Shown piece by piece: positions 49,686 to 60,519 of a DNA stretch of 64,000 nucleotides. The number at the start of each line of letters is the position of its first letter. Position 1 is the first letter of the stretch. A program made the position numbers and the translations under genes. The notes below the pieces were generated by a model, which saw only the letters and a program-made list of their open reading frames with translations, ran no database searches and was not told where the DNA came from. Origin of the DNA: Squalus acanthias (lineage: Eukaryota); NCBI GenBank assembly GCA_030390025.1, contig JASTWF010000138.1:434001-498000 (forward strand). The letters run 5' to 3'.

Positions 49686-50269
49686 CATAGGCCCGAAAAT
49701 TAGACCTGATACGCGAGAGTACGCACTGTGTACTCTCGCGTATTAGTTCCAGAATTGCCGGTTTCCTGCATGCACTGCGCATGCGCGGGAAACCGGCACT
49801 TCGTGTATTGCAAAGGGGGCGGTTCTTAAGTGAACTGCGTGCGCGCTACAGGTTGCGCGCACACTGTGCACTTAGTTTTTTTTTCAGGTTTGAACGCGCA
49901 GGTAAGTGGTGAAGATTTTACACATAAAGAAAGCAGGCGTAGGACCCCCTTTTAACAAGGTAAGTCGTTAATTAAGTGTTATTTTAATTTTTTTTCAACA
50001 GGTTTATCTTTTTTAGAGACTTTAAAGAAAGGTAAGTTTATTTTTATAACTTTTAAAAAGATTTTAAATTTTTTCAAAAATTTCATTTTTTGTTTAAAGT
50101 GGTTAATTTATTTAATTGGGTGCTAGGTTGGTTGCTAGGAACTTCAGTATATGTTATGTCGCAAAGGGGTGAAACTCCCGTGCATCTGTGCCTGAGTTTT
50201 GTGACATCACAAAGGTGCCCTGCAGACCACGCCCAGATCTGTGGTTGACCCGGAATCAGCATTTCAAAC

Positions 50270-50980
50270 AGCCCTTCTCCCAAAACATCACATTACACAG
50301 AGTTACAGAGTCTGCAGCACAGCCCTTCTCCCCCACACATCACATTACACAGAGTTACAAAGTCTGCAGCACAGCCCTTCTCCCCAAATCACATTATACA
50401 GAGTTACAGAGTCTGCAGCACAGCCCTTCTCCCCCACACATCACATTACACAGAGTTACAGAGTCTGCAGCAAAGCCCTTCCCCCCACACATCACATTAC
50501 ACAGAGTTACAGAGTCTGCAGCACAGCCCTTCTCCCCCACACATCACATTACACAGAGTTACAGAGTCTGCAGCACAGCCCTTCTCCCCACACATCACAT
50601 TACACAGAGTTACAGAGTCTGCAGCACAGCCCTTCTCCCCACACCACATTACACAGAGTTACAGAGTCTGCAGCACAGCCCTTCTCCAGACATCACATTA
50701 CACAGAGTTACAGAGTCTGCAGCACAGCCCTTCTCCCCACACATCACATTACACAGAGTTACAGAGTCTGCAGCACAGCCCTTTTCCCCACACATCACAT
50801 TACACAGAGTTACAGAGTCTGCAGCACAGCCCTTCTCCCCCACACATCACATTACACAGTGTTACAGAGTCTGCAGCAGAGCCCTTCTCCCCACACATCA
50901 CATTACACAGTTACAGAGTCTGCAGCACCGCCCTTCTCCTCACACATCACTTTACACAGAGTTACAGAGTCTGCAGCACC
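50270..50980. repeat. About 52-bp minisatellite
   Basis: Unit cacatcacattacacagagttacagagtctgcagcacagcccttctcccc, about 13 copies. Confidence 0.92.
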
Positions 50981-51249
50981 GAAGCAGACCTCCCGGCTGC
51001 AGTTTGGTCCGAGCCCGTTTCCCCGAGGATTCCAGGGGGCGGTGGGCCTCAGCGGCTCGTCCGCCTGTGAACAGTAAACTGACAGAGGGACCAGTCCCGC
51101 CCCGCCTCGCCCCTTTTGGCCCAACAAGTCGTGTCAGCTTTTACTCTATCAGGAAATCCTCCTTTTCGTTCTTCCCTCATGTTCTTATCTCGCTACCCCT
51201 TAAATAGCATCTGTGCTAATCGCCTCACTTTTGGAACTATAGACCAATC

Positions 51250-52230
51250 AATTTAACGTCGGTGGTAGGAAAGATAATGGAATCCTTGTTAAATGAGAAA
51301 TTAGAAAAATATTTCGAAACCGAAACTATAATAATGAATTGTGAGCATGGATTTCAAAAGGTTAATTCATGCTTGACGAACCAGATTTAAATATTTGAAG
51401 AGCTAATGGAGAAAGTAGACATGGGTAATGTAGTTGATGTAATTAATCTAGATTTACGAAAGGCCTTCGATAAGGTGCCACATAACAGATTAATGAACCC
51501 GGTCAGAGCATGCGGAGTTATCAGACAATAGCAGAATGGAGAGCTAGCTGGCTTCAAGGCAGAAAGCAGAGTGTAGTGATAAAGGCTAGCTATTCTGAAT
51601 GGCAGAAGGTGGAAGGTGGGGTCCCAGAAGGATCAGTGCTCGGACCACGGTTGTTCACAATTTATATTAACGATTTATACTTTGGAATCAAAAACACAAT
51701 TTCTAAATTTGCGGATGAAACCAAATTGGGGCGGGGGGGGGGGGGGGGGGGTGGGGTGGGATTGTCAATACTGAGGAGGTTGCAACAAATTACAAGAAGA
51801 CATTAATAAACTTCCAGAAAGGGCACATAACTGGCAAACGAATTTCAACGCATAAGTGTGAGGCAATACATTTTGGTAAGTAAAATAAGGAGGTCACATA
51901 TTACATAACATAAGAAATAAGAGCAGGAGTGGGCCATTCGGCCCGTTGAGCCTGCTCCACCATTCAATAAGATCATGGCTGATTTTGTACCTCAACTCCA
52001 CCTACCCGCCCGATCCCCATATCCCTTGGTTCCCCTAGAGTCCAAAAATATATCTATCTCCGTCTTGAATGTACTCAAACATTCATCAAAGCAGCCCTCT
52101 GGGGTGGAGAATCCCAAAGATTCACAACCCTTTGTTGAAGATTTTTTTCCTCATCTCAGTCCTAAATGGCCGACCCCTTATTCTGAAACTGTGACACCTG
52201 GTTCTAGACTCCCCAGCCAGGGGAAACATC
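51250..52230. mobile_element. CR1 fragments (plus-strand RT piece and minus-strand 3' end)
   Basis: VPEGSVLGPRLFTIYIND...KFADETK, then a reversed CR1 tail from about 51905. Confidence 0.8.
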
Positions 52231-52573
52231 CTCCCATTGCTTATTATGTGCTGTGTTTAGCTCGGCGCTTTCCCAGGCAGTGAAAGAGAAGCTGGGCTCA
52301 GTTTGTGTGGCGTGTGTGCGTGAATCACATACCCTGCACATCACCACATTGATCAGGCAGTATAATATTAAGAGACGTAAAATTATTATTGAAACTTGAC
52401 TCTCTGGTCTTCAGACCATGATCTGACTGTGTTCAAGGTGAGATGGGCACAGTTCATGGTTCACTCTCCCCAAATGCTGTCTTCAAAGGGTCAGTTCGTT
52501 TGGTGAATTTCACTGGAAGATAATCCGTCCACAGGAGAACTTTTAATCCCAAGGGTGGATAAATGGAAACAAG

Positions 52574-54160
52574 GGCCGCGATTTTTCTGACCTCGGCGGC
52601 CGATGTCGGTGGCGAGTCCCGACCCCGGTTTCCGCTCCATTCGGCTGTGTAAAATGATTTTCCATTGATGTGGCTCGTAAAGGCCGGCCACGCGTTTCCC
52701 GGTCCAATTCGAGGAAGCGGGTCTGGTGACGTCATTTGATGACGCGTCATCAGCCGGTTTCCTTGAAGAGACCATGGCCAACTTAACCTTGACATTTGTG
52801 CTGTCAGTTTCTGCAGCATTGAGGTGCTGCAAACACTTACAGTGACTGCACAGATGCACAAGGCTGCACGCAGGCTCTCCCATGACTCCCTCCATATGCA
52901 TTTGGAGGTAGTCAAAGCACGCAGGGACGTCGTCTACCCTTCCCATGGGCAGAAGAGACCTCCCCAGGAGACCTAAACAGGCTGGTTGCACATTGCAGAG
53001 GAGGGCACAAGCAGGGATGTGGTCAGGAGGACCAGTCTGCAGTGCCGCAAACGTTTCAATTATCTCAGTAGATCACGAAACGTTCGTACAAAGCCACACT
53101 CAACCTCATCCTACTGTGCCTCTCATCACATCCCCATCACTCTGCCTTCCCTATCCTGCTCTTGCACATCCTTACACATATCAACTTAACTTGCACCTCT
53201 ACCCATCCATCTCTATCTATCTATATTACTACATCACCATCTCCCTAGCCGCGCCTCACACTCAACCCCAGCCTAGTGTAATCATACCAATTAACAACAC
53301 ACAAGGGTAGGCACTGCGTTCTTGGACAGATTTGTGTGCCCCTTTAGAAGTGGCTTAGTGAGTTGCAGTGAATGTTGAGACATAACGGTAACCCCCGTAC
53401 TGGTGATGAGTGTGAAAGGAATGGCTTGGGCATTGTGGGGATGTTTTATGGTGTTGGTGTGGGGTGGTGCCAACCTGGCGCATCATGTGAGTATACAGAG
53501 TCAAGTGAAGTAACTCTGGCCATGGTGAGGCTACCCCTGGCCTCCTGGGCAGCAATGTGGACGGCTGCTGCTGCCCTCTGTCCTGTGCAGCATCAGTTGA
53601 TTGCGGAGAAGGTTGGTGCTGTTGTTGGTGCTGCTGGTGTGCCTGGTGCTGTTGGTGTTGGGGCTGATCGTGCTGGGATCCTGAGGACCAAGGTGAGGGA
53701 ATATAAAGGGCACCTTTGCTGATGGAATAGATGGCAGGTGAATTAGAGATGACAGAAGCGATCTGTCAATGGTGAGATCGGTAATGAGATTAAACTGGAT
53801 GTAGATTTGTGTGAAGATTGCAGCATGGTGATTCTGTTGTGAAAATGCAGTGAGGAAGAGCTTGTGGCTGAGGGAAGATATCTCTGTAAGGTGGGAGCTT
53901 TAACTTGACATTTGAAGTTGTCGACTCATCAGCTGATTCAATGGCCACTGACCTACCTCCTCAGCTTCACAGAAGAGGTCTTGGCACAGCGTGAAACCCG
54001 TGAGCGAGCTGTCACATTCAAAAGGTCAGTTTAAAACCATTGTTCAGTGGCTGTAAACAAGCCACTAATCATTTAAATTGGCTCCCCCGCCGCTGCGTGT
54101 CGGGTCCACCCAACCCGCCTCCGATCGCGCCCACTGACCCCACCACCAGAAAATCTCGGC
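52574..54160 (+). mobile_element. Harbinger-type element copy
   Basis: WLHIAEEGTSRDVVRRTSLQCRKRFNYL, a Myb/SANT (trihelix)-like remnant. Confidence 0.62.
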
Positions 54161-54889
54161 GACTGTACCAGTTCCAAACTAATTCTACTGCCCACTCTCT
54201 CCCCATAGCCTGGTATCAGTCCCAAACTAATCACACTTCTACATTCTATGAACAGACCTGTATAAATCCCCAAACTATTCCAACTACCCCGCACACTCCC
54301 CAAATCCCTGGATCAATCCAAAACGAATTTCATCGCCATGCTCTCTCCGCCTGGCAATCCAAAACTAATCTCAAGTTCCGCGCACTCCCCATAGACTTTT
54401 TTCAATCTCAGACGAAACCCATTGTCCTTCTCCCTCCCCTTAATCCTGTATCAATCCCAAACTCACCCCTCAGTCTCACACTCTCTCCAAAGGCCTGGAA
54501 CAATCCAAAAAAAAAACCATCCCGCTCCCTCCCGATAGCACTGTATCAGTCCCAAACTAATCCCAGTCAGAGGGACCATGAACTATGATGTCACACAGAG
54601 ATTCCAGAGCAATGGACTCCTCATTACCAGAAAGGGAGCACAAAAATAAAACAGCAATAGAAAATTAACAGATGTATTCCAGATTTAATAAGCAACTACC
54701 AGATGATACACAAAGTAAAATAACGACACAATTTCCATTGTCAAACAGTGAGTCATGGGATAACCTTGAACGGACGTTGAGCTCATGCTCTCATTAAAAT
54801 TCCCGCCTGTAGCAGAGAAATTCAGGGCACAACATCTGCAAAGCGCTTGACTGAGAAATTAGTGCTCACCTGTCAGAAAATAGTGATGT

Positions 54890-55850
54890 CTTTGTCATTG
54901 GTACAGTAAGGACAACTGACAGCAAATTAGGATGTTTGTGTCTCTGGTACAGTTAGAACAACTGACAGCAAATTAGGATGTTTGTGTCTCTGGTGCAGGC
55001 AGGTCACCTGTCAGTAAATTGGGATGTTTGTGTCTCTGGTACAGTTAGGACAACTGACAGCAAATTAGGATGTTTGTGTCTCTGGTACAGGCCGGTCACC
55101 TGTCAGTAAATTAGGATGTTTGTGTCTCTGGTAAAGGAAGTCACCTGTCAGTAAATTGGGATGTTTGTGTCTCTGGTACAGGAAGTCACCTGTCAGTAAA
55201 TTGGGATGTTTGTGTCTCTGGTACAGGAAGTCACCTGTCAGTAAATTAGGATGTTTGTGTCTCTGGTAGAGGAAGGTCACCTGTCAGTAAATTAGGATGT
55301 TTGTGCCTCTGGTACAGGCAGGTCACCTGTCAGTAAATTGGGATGTTTGTATCTCTGGTACAGGAAGGTCACCTGTCAGTAAATTGGGATGTTTGTGCCT
55401 CTGGTACAGGCAGGTCACCTGTCAGTAAATTGGGATGTTTGTATCTCTGGTACAGGAAGGTCACCTGTCAGTAAATTGGGATGTTTATGTCTCTGTTACA
55501 GGAAAGTCACCTGTCAGTAAATTAGGATGTTTGTGTCTCTGGTACAGGACGGACACCTGTCAGTAAAATGGAATGTTTGTGTCGCTGGTACAGGAAGGTC
55601 ACCTGTCAGTAAATTGGGATGTTTGTGTCTCTGGTACAGGAAAGTCACCGGTCAGTAAATTGGGAGGTTTGTGTCCCTGGTACAGAAATACCACCTGTCG
55701 GTAAATTGGGATGTTTGTGTCTCTGGTACAGGAAGATCACCTGTCGGTAAATTGGGATGTTTGTGTCTCTGGTACAGGAAGTCACCTATCAGTAAATTGG
55801 GATGTTTGGGTCACTGGTACAGAAAGGTCACCTGATAGTAAATTGGGATG
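54890..55850. repeat. 45-46-bp minisatellite
   Basis: Unit cacctgtcagtaaattgggatgtttgtgtctctggtacaggaaggt, about 20 copies. Confidence 0.93.
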
Positions 55851-56072
55851 TAAGGTCTCCACCCCATTCCACAACTCTATGCTGCTCATTGCACTGTTGG
55901 AATCTTATCTTTACACTAATACAGATGGTGATATTTGTATGCCACCGAACAGGGAGATGTTTCCTGTTTACATCAATACATTCCCAGCGGCGGAAATTTT
56001 TTTTTCCAAATGTAAAGCAGGCTCGAGCTATTCTGAAAAGGCAGAATTGTTGCTGGAACTTAATTTTTTTCT

Positions 56073-56974
56073 TTATTTAATTAATTTACCTATGGGGCCC
56101 AGCGGATATCGCACCATATTCTTTAACTGCTCCCTGAATTTGCTCTGAGTCACTGCATAAATAAACGTGTTTGTGCAGCAACTCAACAGCTGAAGCATAT
56201 TTGCGCTTTCTAGGAGGATAAATTTGGGGTCACTGAAACCGTTGATTTTATAATCAATTGTAAATCGCTCATAAAAGAATTGTCCAACATACGTCATCCA
56301 CAACAGGATGAAACTACCCGAAATGGCGAAGAGTAAAACGATGGATTTTCTCCGGCTTTCCATCTCTGGGTCACTCTGATTCTCTCCATTGCTGTTGGCC
56401 CGGAGTCTCCTGCGGGCTCTACTGGCCGCTAGAATGTATCTGACGGTCAGAGCATTGAGCAGCAATATCAGGAAGAACGGGAGACATGGGGTTAAAAGAC
56501 GATCAGTCCAATCAAATACTGTCCATACAAGCGAAGTATAACGGATATCCTTCTGTCTGCAATACCACGGGACATTGTTAATTATGTAGATGGGTTCGTA
56601 TATAAAATACCAGGGAACGCTTTTAAAACATCCCAGCGCACAAACCGTTCCTATAACAACAGCCGCCGTTTTCTCGGTGCAATATTTTGCCTTCAGCTTC
56701 TGGCAACAAATGGCTACAAATCGATCAAAGGTGAAAGTGACTGTTAACCAAACAGAACAGTCTCTGGCTGCATAAATTAACGCAATGCTGAGGCTACATA
56801 CGGGAGTAATGGACAGGAAGCTACCTGGAAAATAAATACTCGGAATCCGGTTTAATATCACAGCAGTGATAATGACCAAGAGATCCGTCACCGCCATGGA
56901 CACCAGGTACCGAGTGATACATCTGGAGAGACCGCACCTTCCTCGGGACAGGATCACAATCGCCACTAAATTAA
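56073..56974 (-). CDS. Class A GPCR, GPR139-like (shark-expanded family), exon 2
   Basis: Acceptor tcttacag|; (V)NLVAIVILSRGRCGLSRCITRYLVSMAVTDLL...FTFDRFVAICC...LLSCCTNTFIYAVTQSKFREQ; 7TM pattern; stop at 56073-56075. Confidence 0.88.
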
Positions 56975-57054
56975 CTGTAAGAAAGAGAGCGAAAGAAGAG
57001 AGGTTACAGAGTAAACTCCCAGCAGAAGGAATATATTTAACGGAATTATTGGTC

Positions 57055-58750
57055 AGAGATGGGGGGAGCAGGGAGAGAGAAACCGAACGGATGGAGAGAG
57101 CAGGGAGAGATAAACCGAACGGATGGGGAGAGCAGGGAGAGATAAACCGAACGGATGGGGAGAGCGGGGAGAGATAAACCGAACGGATGGGGGGAGCAGG
57201 GAGAGATAAACCGAACGGATGGGGAGAGCAGGGAGAGATAAACCGAACGGATGGGGAGAGCGGGGAGAGATAAACCTAACGGATGGGTCCAGCAGGGAGA
57301 GATAAACCGAACGGATGGGGGGAGCAGGGAGAGAGATAAACCGAACGGATGGGGGGAGCGGGGAGAGATAAACCGAACGGATGGGGAGAGCAGGGAGAGA
57401 TAAACCGAACGGATGTGGGAGAGCAGGGAGAGATAAACCGAACGGATGGGGGAGCGGGGAGAGATAAACCGAACGATGGGGAGAGCAGGGAGAGATAAAC
57501 CGAACGGATGGGGGGAGCAGGGAGAGATAAACCGAACGGATGGGGAGAGCAGGGAGAGATAAACAGAACGGATGGGTCGAGCAGGGAGAGATAAACCGAA
57601 CGGATGGGGGGAGCAGGGAGAGATATACCGAACGGATGGGGGGAGCAGGGAGAGAGATAAACCGAACGGATGGGGAGAGCAGGGAGAGATAATCCGAACG
57701 GATGGGGAGAGCGGGGAGAGATAAACCGAACGGATGGGGGGAGCAGGGAGAGATAATCCGAACGGATGGGGAGAGCGGGGAGAGATAAACCGAACGGATG
57801 GGGGAGCAGGGAGAGATAAACCGAACGGATGGGGAGAGCAGGGAGAGAGATAAACCGAATGGATGGGGAGAGCAGGGAGAGATAATCCGAACGGATGGGG
57901 AGAGCAGGGAGAGAGATAAACCGAACGGATGGCGAGAGCGGGGAGAGATAAACCGAACAGATAGGGAGAGCGGGGAGAGATAAACCGAACGGATGGGGAG
58001 AGCAGGGAGAGATAAACCGAACGGATGGGGAGGGCAGGGAGAGATAAACGAACGGATGGGGAGAGCAGGGAGAGAGATAAACCGAACGGATGGGGAGAGC
58101 GGGGAGAGATAAACTGAACGGATGGGGAGAGCAGGGAGAGATAAACCGAACGGATGGGGAGAGCAGGGAGAGATAAACCGAACGGATGGGGGGAGCAGGG
58201 AGAGATAAACCGAACGGATGAGGGGAGCGGGGAGAGATAAACATAACGGATGGGGGGAGCAGGGAGAGATAAACCGAACGGATGGGGAGAGCAGGGAGAG
58301 ATAAACCGAACGGATGGGGAGAGCAGGGAGAGAGACAAACCGAACCGATGGGGGGAGCGGGGAAAGAGATACCGAACGGATGGGGAGAGCAGGGAGAGAT
58401 AAACCGAACGGATGGGGAGAGCGGGGAGAGATAAACCGAACGGATGGGGGGAGCAGGGAGAGATAAACCGAACGGATGGGGGGAGCAGGGAGAGATAAAC
58501 CGAACGGATGGGGAGAGCGGGGAGAGATAAACTGAACGGATGGGGAGAGCAGGGAGAGAGATAAACCGAACGGATGGGGAGAGCGGGGAGAGATAAACCG
58601 AACGGATGGGGAGAGCGGGGAGAGATAAACTGAACGGATGGGGAGAGCAGGGAGAGAGATAAACTGAACGGATGGGGAGAGCGGGGAGAGATAAACCGAA
58701 CGGATGGGGAGAGCAGGGAGAGAGATAAACTGAACGGATGGGGAGAGCGG
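57055..58750. repeat. G/A-rich about 31-33-bp minisatellite in the GPCR intron
   Basis: Unit ccgaacggatggggagagcagggagagataaa, about 50 copies. Confidence 0.95.
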
Positions 58751-59309
58751 GGACAGCGAATCCGAGCAGGAGCCCGGGATGGAAGTTCCTGGGAAATGGG
58801 CTATTCTTGAATCCAGTCACTTACTTCATTGTCGTGAATTATCAATAACGCGTTGAGCTATAACTTACTTCAATAAGTTAATTCCTTCACACCAAATCAC
58901 AATTTCATTACTTATTGAATTAACTCACCCAATCTTAATTTATTAATTACTTAATCAAAGCAGTTAGTGATAAAAGCATTTGAGAAATTCAGCCAGGAAC
59001 GACATATTTCTGAATCGGTGTAAAATCTGGTAAAAATAAATGTTAACAGAAGACAAATAGCAATTCCATTCACCTCATACAGTTATGTCCATTAATTGTT
59101 GGCCCTTTGTATTCTCGTGGCCTGTTCAATTTTGAGAGGGCCAGGATACCAAGTTCCCCAACCTCATCTTCCACTCACATGATCTGCGGGTTCTTCAGTT
59201 TAATGGTGGGATGGACTTTGAACATGTGGGCAAGGTTACTGCATTTTTCACAATATTACACATGTTGGAGTTCACTGCTTGTTTCACAGCCGCTAAACAG
59301 ATTAGGAAA

Positions 59310-59880
59310 CTAGGAGCAAGAGGAGGCCATTCAGCCCATCTAGCGTGCTCCGCCTTTCAACTAAATCATGGCTGATGTGAATCTTAACTCCATTTACCCG
59401 TCTCGGTTCCATATCCCTTAATGCCCATGCCTAAAAAAAATCTCTCATTCTGAGTTTTGACATTTTCAATTGCCCTAGTCTCAACAGAATTTTTGGAGAT
59501 AGAGATCCAGTTTTACACTACCCTTTGTGTGAAGAAGTGTTTCCTCACTTCACCCCTGAACGGCCGAGCTCTAATTTTACGGTTATGCCCCTTTGTTCTG
59601 GATTCTGTCGCCAGAGGAAAAGTTTCTCTCTATCTACCCTATCATCGTAAACACCTCTTGATCTTCTATTCTCAGGGAATTCAAACCACGTTTATGCAAC
59701 CTGTCCTCATAATTTAACCCTCTAAGCCCCGGTATCATTGTGGTGAATCTGCCCTGCACCTCCTCCAAGGCCAATGAATTCTTCCTGAGTTGCGGTGCCC
59801 AGAACTGAACACAGTACTTCAGATGCGGTCTGACCAGGGCGTTGGTATTCCAGCACTTGGAGATAACAGCTAACAATCCA
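59310..59880 (-). mobile_element. CR1 LINE 3' fragment in the GPCR intron
   Basis: ALVRPHLKYCVQFWAPQLRK motif. Confidence 0.8.
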
Positions 59881-59913
59881 TTAATTAATGACTAGCTTGC
59901 TGCAGTACTTTAC

Positions 59914-59983
59914 CTGGAACAGCGATAGCTGCAAGGGCAGTGTAGTAAATGGCATAGACCGGGCCTTCGGGCGGGACGTGCAT
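59914..59983 (-). CDS. GPR139-like GPCR exon 1
   Basis: MHVPPEGPVYAIYYTALAAIAVP + G|GTAAAG; 70 nt phase 1; joined to exon 2 gives 972 nt (323 aa plus stop). Confidence 0.82.
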
Positions 59984-60519
59984 TTTCTGTGAGAAGCAGC
60001 GATGTCTGTTCGGGATCCCACACGCGCTCTGTTCGACATTCGAAGGATCGCTTATTATACCTGATGTTAACCCCCCATGGACATAATTAGATAGAATCAA
60101 CATTAATGTTAGTCACGCTCATTGAACAAACATCTTAGGTGACATCACCATTTATGTTAGCGGCAGTCATTGAAGAAATAGAATAGGTTGCATTACCTTT
60201 AATGTTAGTTACAGTCATTGAACAAACAAGTTAATGCAGTCGATTTTACCTTCATTTTTAATGCAATAGAATGGATAAACATAGAGGTCACAGAGTTTTA
60301 AAGGGAAACGTTGCATCCTTTAGGAAAGAAAACCTCCTGTACATACCCGGTCTGGCCGAAAAGTGACTCCAATCCCATACCAACGTGGTTGACCATTAAC
60401 TGCCCTCTGAAGGGGCCCAGCAACCTAGTCACTTGTATCAAAAAGCTACAAAGGAACAAAAGAATAAAACCGGATGGACCATTGGCTGCGACATAATCAC
60501 AGAATTCGGAGACAAGAAA

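Noticed and set aside
50188-51207. 339 and 278 aa ORFs
   Set aside because: Read-through of the 52-bp minisatellite.
57046-58820. 430 and 514 aa Pro/Ser-rich ORFs
   Set aside because: Read-through of an intronic minisatellite.
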